In this document: positions 56,697 through 64,000 of the stretch, in pieces
Position numbering within the stretch: position 1 is the first letter of the stretch
How the letters are laid out: every line of letters begins with the position of its first letter
NCBI GenBank assembly: GCA_043814545.1
Contig: JBDRJY010000014.1
Coordinates: forward strand, 7,617 to 71,616
Reading direction: 5' to 3'
DNA length: 64,000 nt
Source of the DNA: an archaeon
GTDB lineage: Archaea; Nanobdellota; Nanobdellia; SCGC-AAA011-G17; GW2011-AR17
Notes under the pieces: generated by a model
The model's input: only the letters and a program-made list of their open reading frames with translations
Told to the model about the DNA's origin: nothing
Databases searched by the model: none
Translations under genes and position numbers: made by a program

Positions 56697-56987
56697 ATGA
56701 GTCTAATTGAATTAACAGAAGATGATGAAAACTTTTTTTTAGATGGCGAAATCCAAGGTTTTGTTTGCAGCGAAAATGGAAATGCTTTAGTCTTAAATTC
56801 ACCTATTTCTTTAGCTATTGAAGGTTCTGCCATGAGAAAATTCTATTTAGCTGATGAACCACCAACATTATATATTCAATATCAAAATTCTGTAACTGAT
56901 AATTTGGTTCCACTTAAACTTGGGAAGGTTAGCGATGTTGGAAAAGCAGAAAAATGGATTGAAAGAGTTAATAAATTATATGAATAA
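56697..56987 (+). CDS. Small hypothetical protein (97 aa)
   Basis: The ATG at 56697 (MSLIELTEDD...) is the preferred start, because the tracked ORF start at 56646 lies inside the repeat element. Confidence 0.35.
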   Translation: MSLIELTEDDENFFLDGEIQGFVCSENGNALVLNSPISLAIEGSAMRKFYLADEPPTLYIQYQNSVTDNLVPLKLGKVSDVGKAEKWIERVNKLYE

Positions 56988-57050
56988 CTTCTGTCTTTAA
57001 ATCCACTGGTTAATGGATAAAAACTCCTAAACCCGTAAGGAAAAACTAAT

Positions 57051-57611
57051 TTAAATTAATCTAAGAAAATTCTTAATTAAAGTTTCACCGTCTTTATCTG
57101 AACATTCAGGATGAAACTGTACACCGAACAAAGGTTTTTTCTTATGTTTCATTGCTAAAACATCAACAAAGTCAGATGAAGCTAATAACATAAAATCTTC
57201 AGGAATTTTTACAATATACTCTTCGTGGTTACAATACATTTGACATTTATCAAGACCTTTAAAGATTTGACCTTCTTTATGCACAATTACACGTTTAGTA
57301 CCTTCGATAGCAAACCCTAAGTTTCTTAATGTAGAACCGTTCAAGAAACCGATTAACTGATGACCGAAACAGATACCTAACACAGGCTTATCATAATTTT
57401 TTAGAAAACGATAACAGCGTAGAACTTTCCTTTGAACTTTAGCTTCAGCTAGCATTAAAGGCGATCCTGAAAGAATTAAACCGTCAAACTTATCCATGTT
57501 AGTTTTTGGTATTTGGTTTATTGTAACTGTTTTATATTTAACTTTAAGTTTATCAAGTATTTTAGTTAAATCAGGAAAGAATTTTGAACCATTATCAACA
57601 ACACCAAGCAT
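57051..57611 (-). CDS. Class I glutamine amidotransferase, most like archaeal GMP synthase subunit A
   Basis: GICFGHQLIG catalytic Cys region. ...IFKGL... and ...LFGVQFHPE... are conserved in GuaA-A/GATase1. Confidence 0.6.
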   Translation of the reverse strand: MLGVVDNGSKFFPDLTKILDKLKVKYKTVTINQIPKTNMDKFDGLILSGSPLMLAEAKVQRKVLRCYRFLKNYDKPVLGICFGHQLIGFLNGSTLRNLGFAIEGTKRVIVHKEGQIFKGLDKCQMYCNHEEYIVKIPEDFMLLASSDFVDVLAMKHKKKPLFGVQFHPECSDKDGETLIKNFLRLI

Positions 57612-57730
57612 ATTATTACCTAATATAATTTGGATTTATAAGTTTTGCCTAAATAATCTTAAGAATAATGGTGTTCATATATTATTTGGACGCCAAATCT
57701 TTTTATATCATATATGTCCGTGGATTTGTT

Positions 57731-58249
57731 ATGGAAATCGTTGAATATGAAGGTTATAGAATTCCTGTAGGAAATCATAAAGGTAAAAAGATTGTGATAG
57801 GTTGCGACCACAGAGGTTATGATTTGAAAGAAAAGTTAAAAATCTTTTTAGTATCACACGGTTATAAAGTTGTAGATGTAGGTTGTCAAAGTTCAGAACG
57901 TTGCGATTATCCTATATATTCTCGCGCTGTTGGCAAGTTAGTATATGAAGACGAAACTTTTGGCACTGTAGGGATAGGTATTTGCGGTTCTGGTATAGGA
58001 ATAAGTATACCTGCTTCTAAATTTAAAGGAGTATATCCAGGGTTATGTGTTAATGTAGAACAAGCTAAAAGTACTAGAAAACATAATAATACTAATTATT
58101 TATCTTTGCCAGCTGACCAGTTAGATTTTGAAAAAGCCAGACAGATTGTTGAAGCTTGGCTTGAAGAACCTTTCTTTTCTACAAAAGATGAAGAATCATA
58201 TTTGAAACGGTTTGTACAAACTCTTGAAGTTGAAGAAGAAGTTTATTGA
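57731..58249 (+). CDS. rpiB: Ribose-5-phosphate isomerase B (RpiB/LacAB family)
   Basis: KIVIGCDHRGYDLKE...VGC...GIGICGSGIGISI. The start was placed at the in-frame ATG at 57731. Confidence 0.75.
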   Translation: MEIVEYEGYRIPVGNHKGKKIVIGCDHRGYDLKEKLKIFLVSHGYKVVDVGCQSSERCDYPIYSRAVGKLVYEDETFGTVGIGICGSGIGISIPASKFKGVYPGLCVNVEQAKSTRKHNNTNYLSLPADQLDFEKARQIVEAWLEEPFFSTKDEESYLKRFVQTLEVEEEVY

Positions 58250-58578
58250 TTTCTTTTATATTTATCTTCTACTCTTACGATATCGTTTTCGTTAAAATTA
58301 CCATAAGATATTTCTAAGAATTTTAAAGGTCCAATGGCACGGTGTTTGGTTCCTCGTTTAATAAAAAACTCATCCCCTGGCTTAGTTTCAAATGTTTCAT
58401 CGTTTAAAATAACTTTTCCACCGCCTTCCAATATTTTCCAAAACTCGTCTCTATTATTATGATACTGGTAAGATAACGGTTCGTTGGGTTTAACTGTAAT
58501 AATTTTAACTGTCGTTGTTTCGTTATGCGTGTACTGTTCAAAGTTACCCCACGGTCTGTGGTCGATTATTTTTTTCAT
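58243..58578 (-). CDS. Cupin-domain protein (mannose-6-phosphate isomerase-like small cupin)
   Basis: RPWGNFEQY...KPNEPLSYQYHNNRDEFWKILEGGGKV...PGDEFFIKRGTKHRAIG are cupin motifs 1 and 2. Confidence 0.6.
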   Translation of the reverse strand: MKKIIDHRPWGNFEQYTHNETTTVKIITVKPNEPLSYQYHNNRDEFWKILEGGGKVILNDETFETKPGDEFFIKRGTKHRAIGPLKFLEISYGNFNENDIVRVEDKYKRNQ

Positions 58579-58645
58579 ATATTATGAAATAGATTTAGTA
58601 TATTTAAATAATATCTAAGTAAGATTTATATATAATAGTGAATTC

Positions 58646-59473
58646 TTGATTGAGATGCCATTACAAGCAATTTTATTTGACTGGTCAGGAACTTTAAGCC
58701 ACGACTTAGATGTTGTTTTAAAAACCCAGAACGAACAGTTTATAGCAATAGGCGCATTACCTCGTGCTTTAGAAGAACAGGACAAATTTTATGCTGAACG
58801 CGGGCAACGTCAGATGGTAGGTGCGCAAGAAATAACAAAACAATTTTACCAATCAGAGATGGAATTGCCTTACATGAAATGGTATTCTCGTTTTACAGAT
58901 TGTCCGAAAGAAAGAATTGATAAAATCTTTTTTGAAATTTATACTAGAAATGCTCACGAAACCTCTATTATTCCAGGGGCAGAAAATGTATTACAGTACT
59001 TAAAAATTAATTGTATAAAATCTTTGGTACTTTCAGCTTCTCAACAACCACATATTGAAAAAGAAATTGCAAGATATAATCTTGAAGGTTTATTTGATGA
59101 AGTTAAAGGTAGTTGTTATGATAAAAGGGATGATATTAAAGAATTAATGAACAAACACGGATTAATACCTTACAAAACAATATTTATTGGCGACATGGTA
59201 CACGATGTTGAAACAGCTTTACATGCTGGCATTATTTCAGTAGCTGTATCTCATCCTAAATCTAGTTATACAATTAAAGAAAAATTGTTAAAGGCTAACC
59301 CTCATTATATTATTGAAGATATAAAATCTTTAATACCATTAGCAGAATTATTAAGACAGTGGCCTATATCTGAGTTAATGCCTCACCAAACATATGAAGA
59401 AAGGCCGATAATGATTGAAAATGAAACGAATTTTAAGTCCCTCGCTGCTAGGTTACGAAGATCAGTTAGATGA
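58646..59473 (+). CDS. HAD-superfamily hydrolase (phosphatase-like; motif I variant DWSGT)
   Basis: AILFDWSGTLSHD and ...IGDMVHDVETALHAGIISVAVSH (motif IV). Overlaps the next gene by about 50 nt. Confidence 0.5.
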   Translation: MIEMPLQAILFDWSGTLSHDLDVVLKTQNEQFIAIGALPRALEEQDKFYAERGQRQMVGAQEITKQFYQSEMELPYMKWYSRFTDCPKERIDKIFFEIYTRNAHETSIIPGAENVLQYLKINCIKSLVLSASQQPHIEKEIARYNLEGLFDEVKGSCYDKRDDIKELMNKHGLIPYKTIFIGDMVHDVETALHAGIISVAVSHPKSSYTIKEKLLKANPHYIIEDIKSLIPLAELLRQWPISELMPHQTYEERPIMIENETNFKSLAARLRRSVR

Positions 59474-60188
59474 GAAGTTATCTTTTATTCTTGATATGAT
59501 TGAAGTTGGCATAGTTAACATGCACATTGACGTTATGGCTCCGCCTTTTATTTCTGACACGAATAAATTTTCTTTAGAGAAATTTAAATTTTTGTATGGC
59601 AAATTGAAAGGTAAGTGTAGTTTTGATATTCACTTTATGTTATCTAATCCTATTCCTTATATTGAATCTTTGGATTTTATTGAAAATAAAAATAAAATTA
59701 TATTAACAATACATATGGAAAGTTTTAGAACTTTTTCTGGGGGATTAGAAAGGTTTAATTCTAAAGATTATGATTTGATTAAATCAGATAATGTAAGGTT
59801 AAGGCAAGCTGATTTAGAAATAAAAAATAAAATTGTTAAAACTTTAGAAATGATTAAAGGTAAAGGATTTAAGACAGGTATTGCATTAGAACCAGGAACA
59901 TCTTTAGAAAATTTAACACCTTTGGTAATGGAAAATGTGGATTTAGTTTTGTTAATGAGTGTTGTTTCTGGTGCTGGCGGTCAAAAGTATCATGATTATG
60001 TTACTGAGAAAATAAAAAATGTTAAAAATAATTTTCCGTCGGTAATTGTGCAAGTTGACGGCGGCGTGAATGAAGAAACTTTACCGATAGTTATTGAAGC
60101 TGGCGCTGATAACATTGTAATTGGTTCTTATATTACAAATGAAGAAGATGTTAAAGGAAGAGTGAAAGAAATTCTAAATTTATTATGA
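59415..60188 (+). CDS. rpe: Ribulose-phosphate 3-epimerase-like (divergent)
   Basis: ILSPSLL, ...MHIDVMAPPFISD (variant of HVDVMDGHFVPN), ...GGQKY... and VDGGVNEETL. Confidence 0.55.
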   Translation: MKMKRILSPSLLGYEDQLDEKLSFILDMIEVGIVNMHIDVMAPPFISDTNKFSLEKFKFLYGKLKGKCSFDIHFMLSNPIPYIESLDFIENKNKIILTIHMESFRTFSGGLERFNSKDYDLIKSDNVRLRQADLEIKNKIVKTLEMIKGKGFKTGIALEPGTSLENLTPLVMENVDLVLLMSVVSGAGGQKYHDYVTEKIKNVKNNFPSVIVQVDGGVNEETLPIVIEAGADNIVIGSYITNEEDVKGRVKEILNLL

Positions 60189-60284
60189 TTAAAATATTTT
60201 AATTTTTGGTAGATATAAATCATTCAATTATAAAACAAAAGCTTTTTATAATAAATAATAAATAAATAATAAAGAGGTGAAATT

Positions 60285-60557
60285 ATGCCAACAAAAAAAC
60301 TTAAAGTAAAAACACAGGCAGGAAAAATAATTGAATATCCTGTCTCAAAAGTTAAAAGAATTCTTTCAGACGCAGGTTATAGTGGTAAGATTTTGGTTAA
60401 TGCTACCGGAGAAGTTTTTAAAGAAGCTAAAAAACTGACCAAAGGTGGAGTAATCACAGCAACGAATTTGCAGAAAGCTATTGTTGTATCAGTTGCAAAA
60501 ACTAATAACACTGTTATTAACTCAGCGCAAAAAATCGTAAAAAGAGTTCTGAAATAA
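60285..60557 (+). CDS. Small basic hypothetical protein (90 aa)
   Basis: AAAGAGGTGA SD 5 nt upstream. A T-rich tract follows the stop. No motif recognised. Confidence 0.3.
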   Translation: MPTKKLKVKTQAGKIIEYPVSKVKRILSDAGYSGKILVNATGEVFKEAKKLTKGGVITATNLQKAIVVSVAKTNNTVINSAQKIVKRVLK

Positions 60558-60587
60558 TTTTTATTTTTTTTATTTTTATTATGGGGA

Positions 60588-61616
60588 TTAATCAACAATA
60601 ACTGTCTCTAATTGCGGCAACAAACAAAAATCAGTTTTAAAATTGTAAGCTCCAGCGTTAAGAAAAACTAGTTTATCGCCAACTTTAGGATTTTTCAAAT
60701 AAACTCTGTAACGGAATATATCCATTGAGTCAGGTGTACAACCTTTTATAGTAAAACCTTCGCCGTTTTCTAATTCTCCGTCGACAAGTAACCGAACATG
60801 TGCGATAAACGTATCCATTGCAGCATTATACACTGAAGCGTTAACAATAATATTATTTTTATAAACATTAACAATTTCTGTTTCTAATTGTACACAGGGT
60901 GCAGCAATAAAGCGTCCAGGTTCAATAATAAACTCTTTACCAACTAACCATTTACGTAAAGTTTCAATTTCATTAAAGATTTTAACAAACAGTTTATCAG
61001 TACGAGAATTTTTGTAACGCATAGGCATACCACCACCCATGTTTAATATGTCAATAGCTTCAAAAGTTTCAGGTGTAATAACTTGTTCAAGCTCAGTTTT
61101 CATTGACCATTCGCTAATGTTTTGCGTTTTACGATGAAAATGTATGCCTAATTTGTTTACAAGTTTATTTTTTTTCAACTTAGGAACTAACTTATTAACT
61201 TCGTCTGAATACATTCCGAAAACAAAATGCTTTCCGGTATGGATTGTATTTTCTTTCAACTTCATCCGTAATAACAAATTAATTGAAATAGAATGTTTCT
61301 CAATATAATTTAATAAAACTTGTAAATCTTTACGATTATCTACGACAAATGATTCACACTTTAACGAAAACACAGAATCTAATTCACTACCGTTAAGCCC
61401 TTGGGCAAAAAACCAAGCTCGTTTACAATCACTAAGACATTCTAAACTTGCAACAGAATGTACAGAAAACATACAATCGGTTTCTTTATCTAACAACTTA
61501 CCAACTTCAAAATTTGTTTTCAAACTGTAAGAAACAGTGTCACACATAGATTTCATAATAGAATATTGTTCCATCATCTTAGATTTACTTAAAACAAACT
61601 TAGCTTTACTAATCAT
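60588..61616 (-). CDS. PLP-dependent fold-III decarboxylase (Orn/DAP/Arg/carboxy(nor)spermidine decarboxylase family), short form
   Basis: ...YSLKTNF (PLP-Lys region), ...MGGGMPMRY (Gly-rich loop), EPGRFIAAP and AGAYNF. A 4-nt overlap with the upstream deoxyhypusine synthase gene indicates an operon. Confidence 0.6.
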   Translation of the reverse strand: MISKAKFVLSKSKMMEQYSIMKSMCDTVSYSLKTNFEVGKLLDKETDCMFSVHSVASLECLSDCKRAWFFAQGLNGSELDSVFSLKCESFVVDNRKDLQVLLNYIEKHSISINLLLRMKLKENTIHTGKHFVFGMYSDEVNKLVPKLKKNKLVNKLGIHFHRKTQNISEWSMKTELEQVITPETFEAIDILNMGGGMPMRYKNSRTDKLFVKIFNEIETLRKWLVGKEFIIEPGRFIAAPCVQLETEIVNVYKNNIIVNASVYNAAMDTFIAHVRLLVDGELENGEGFTIKGCTPDSMDIFRYRVYLKNPKVGDKLVFLNAGAYNFKTDFCLLPQLETVIVD

Positions 61617-62551
61617 TCTAAAAGACCTTCCTCATCTAACCGTTCTAAAACATTAACCATTACCAATGGAAACGTAATAGTTACGTCACCGATAACAGTA
61701 GCTGCATCAGAATCGTCTTTAATCTTACCCCAGCTTTTAGCTTCATTAGTTGTCGCACCGCTCATACTACCAGAACTAGAATGCGCAGTAGTCAAATAAA
61801 CAGCATAATCTAAACCGCCGTTTAACAAACAAGATAAGATTGCGTGATGTTTAGATATGCTACCACCTAAGGTAATAAGACCCTTCTTTTCATCCTGGCT
61901 GGTAGATAACAAAATATTTTTAAAATCATGTACAACATCTACAATAAAATCTGGATGTTTTTCTTGAAACATAAACAAATGGAACCCAAAAGAACCGTCA
62001 GTTATAGCAGGACAAAAGATTGGCACATCGTTCTTAGCAGCTTGGTAAAGAATAGAATCCTCATCAGTCATCATCAAACCAATTTCTTTAAACAATTCAG
62101 AAGGTGTCCATCTTTTCTTTTTTTCATACAATTTAGCTAATATAGGTAATAAAAGATCTTCAAACTTACAATAACTTTCATTAGTAACAAACAAGTTACC
62201 TACTCTGTTAACCCCTTTCTCATACAATTCAACGTCATCTGACTTAAAATCTCCAATGATAAACTTCTCGCCAGCAGCTTTCATGATATCTTCTTCAATA
62301 CCGCCAACAGTAGTTACAATAACATCAGCCATTTTGTTTTGGATAACTTGTGCAAAGAAACCACGTAAACCGGAAGTGACCATGTTAGAAGTGAATGTGA
62401 AGAATATTGTAGCCTGTTCTTTCTTCATCTTAACAATTACGTCTGCTGCGTTAGAAAGTTGGATACTTTGAAAACCTAAGTTTTTATACTGAGTAACCAA
62501 ATCCTTAACTTTCATACCTTTTTCCCATTTTAGATCTTGTACATATGCCAT
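61613..62551 (-). CDS. dys: Deoxyhypusine synthase
   Basis: ...IFFTFTSNMVTSGLRGFFAQVIQNKMADVIVTTVGGIEEDIMKAAG... and ...ITLGGSISKHHAI... are typical of DHS. Confidence 0.8.
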   Translation of the reverse strand: MAYVQDLKWEKGMKVKDLVTQYKNLGFQSIQLSNAADVIVKMKKEQATIFFTFTSNMVTSGLRGFFAQVIQNKMADVIVTTVGGIEEDIMKAAGEKFIIGDFKSDDVELYEKGVNRVGNLFVTNESYCKFEDLLLPILAKLYEKKKRWTPSELFKEIGLMMTDEDSILYQAAKNDVPIFCPAITDGSFGFHLFMFQEKHPDFIVDVVHDFKNILLSTSQDEKKGLITLGGSISKHHAILSCLLNGGLDYAVYLTTAHSSSGSMSGATTNEAKSWGKIKDDSDAATVIGDVTITFPLVMVNVLERLDEEGLLE

Positions 62552-62843
62552 TTTTTAGAATAAATCTCCTAAATATTATGGTAACTAACTAAAAGAATTA
62601 ACTGTGAGCTCTAACATTATCAGTTTTATTTACCATGTAGTAAAGAAAAAATAGATTGTTTATAAAGGTTTTGATTTGGTCTTTGCCTTCGGCTGTGTAC
62701 AGAGAATGTTGTGTTTTGTTTATGTTAAGATTGTTCGTATTTTAGATTGTGTTTTAATTGTTTGATTTGTGGACAGATTCGTTATATTTATATAGGGAAG
62801 GTTTTCTAATTTTCTATCATAATAATTACTTGGAGGCAATAAA

Positions 62844-63410
62844 ATGAAAAATATTAAAACACTTTCCGACAAAGCTGTTCTAAAAAGATGGGAAGCGGAT
62901 TGTTTAGAAGAATTAGCTAAGAAATTAAGACATGGAAGAAATCTAACAAGGATATTAAATCCATTGAATGAAAATACTTATTTTAATAATCTACGGATTA
63001 ACCAAAAATTTGCCGATTTATACGCAGATATGTTATTTACTAATGAAACAGCTGATGAAGCTGATGAATATGATAAATTATTTATGAAGGTTGTAAGGCA
63101 TGCCGATAATTTTAAAGTTATACATGCTTTTGCTGAAGCTGGAGACCCATTATGTCAACGTTTAATAGAAAACACTAATAATTCAACAATTCAGCACGAA
63201 CCAGCCTTGATTTATTGGGGAATTGAATTTTCACCAATTGCTACAAAGTTATTAACAAGAACAATGACCGAAGAAGAATATAACGGATATTTGAATGGAA
63301 CTTTACCTATTTACGAAAAGAAAGATTGGAATCTTCCTGGAGAGGACAAGACTTTTCCTGGGATTAATATTCCTGATGTAGAAGCAATTTATTTGCCACA
63401 AGGGGAATAA
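62844..63410 (+). CDS. Hypothetical protein (188 aa)
   Basis: A GGAGG SD lies 8 nt upstream. No motif recognised. Confidence 0.35.
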   Translation: MKNIKTLSDKAVLKRWEADCLEELAKKLRHGRNLTRILNPLNENTYFNNLRINQKFADLYADMLFTNETADEADEYDKLFMKVVRHADNFKVIHAFAEAGDPLCQRLIENTNNSTIQHEPALIYWGIEFSPIATKLLTRTMTEEEYNGYLNGTLPIYEKKDWNLPGEDKTFPGINIPDVEAIYLPQGE

Positions 63411-63482
63411 TGTTTTCTTTTTATTCTTTTTATTCTATCCATAAATCAACTGGTTTGTGGACATAATAAAAGAAAGAAAAAA

Positions 63483-63900
63483 TTATTTTTTTTCAATCAT
63501 TTCAAATACATCAGCATTATAGGGTATTGGTTTGTGGTTTCCGATTTCATTATCCAATTCAGTAAGATTATCAAACCATCTTCCAGAGATTTCTTTAAAT
63601 GGAAGTTTTGAACCAAGATCTAATGCAGTCTTTTTCATAGCTTCATATCTTCTCTCACTTGCATTAGTGGAGATTGTAAGCTGTGTAGCAAATAGATTTC
63701 TATCTTCTTTCTGTTTTATTCCACCAAATTTAAGTTCTACACATCCAATACCTAATTTTTTATTCCCAATAATTCTTTGGTCATAATAGGTGTTGCCTCC
63801 AGCAGTATTTGGTGAATAGACTATTCCAATTTCAGAGCATATACTATCAAATCTTTCTCTATCTATTCTTTCTTCCAATTCTACGAACCATGTGTCTGAC
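63483..63900 (-). CDS. Hypothetical protein (139 aa)
   Basis: The start was set at MSDTWF, which is preceded by GGAGG-N8-ATG. The tracked longer ORF would overlap the upstream gene end. Confidence 0.4.
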
Positions 63901-63915
63901 ATTTTGTTTTCCTCC

Positions 63916-64000
63916 TTAAATATAATAATACTCTTCAACTTGAGCATTTGAACCAATGATGTATCTAGGAACATCTACTGCCCTATCAATTACTTTTGCA
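63916..64000 (-). CDS. C-terminal fragment of a gene continuing beyond the window end (...AKVIDRAVDVPRYIIGSNAQVEEYYYI*)
   Basis: Open frame on the minus strand running to the window edge. It ends at a TAA immediately before the SD of the next gene. Confidence 0.3.
   Translation of the reverse strand, partial: AKVIDRAVDVPRYIIGSNAQVEEYYYI

Overview
This is an AT-rich, gene-dense chromosomal segment, with most genes co-linear and tightly packed or overlapping. It looks archaeal, probably from a small-genome DPANN-like lineage (inference). The evidence is as follows: the phenylalanyl-tRNA synthetase alpha/beta pair is the archaeal/eukaryal type; the GluRS and ValRS are archaeal-type; AlaX, Taw1, deoxyhypusine synthase, a TrmB regulator, an Lrp-like regulator, FtsZ, PEP synthase and the ADP-forming acetyl-CoA synthetase alpha subunit are all present; and the tRNA-Glu(UUC) is near-identical in architecture to methanogen tRNA-Glu. 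Several bacterial-type genes are embedded in this background: a long RelA/SpoT (RSH) alarmone enzyme, a MacB/FtsX ABC system, an NlpC/P60 peptidase domain, a Bac_transf sugar transferase, a DsbA and an M50 protease. There are two tRNAs (Glu at the start, Ser at about 3.6 kb). No rRNA, CRISPR array, integrase or transposase was recognised. Three things stand out, none of which maps to a named system I recognise. First, two paralogous cassettes, each pairing a pilin-like protein (class-III 'KxGQ' signal peptide) with a large secreted protein; one of the large proteins ends in an NlpC/P60 domain. Second, an eight-gene surface-protein operon headed by an Lrp/AsnC-type regulator, with three paralogous small secreted proteins sharing a C-terminal motif. 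Third, a 643-aa polytopic membrane protein built from tandem Trp-rich two-helix repeats (visible as tandem repeats of about 170-180 bp in the DNA), apparently co-transcribed with the RSH enzyme. Other notable items are a roughly 100-bp intergenic element present twice (with a third copy of its GTTTGTGGACA core) and a perfect 13-bp hairpin plus a nested palindrome upstream of ftsZ.
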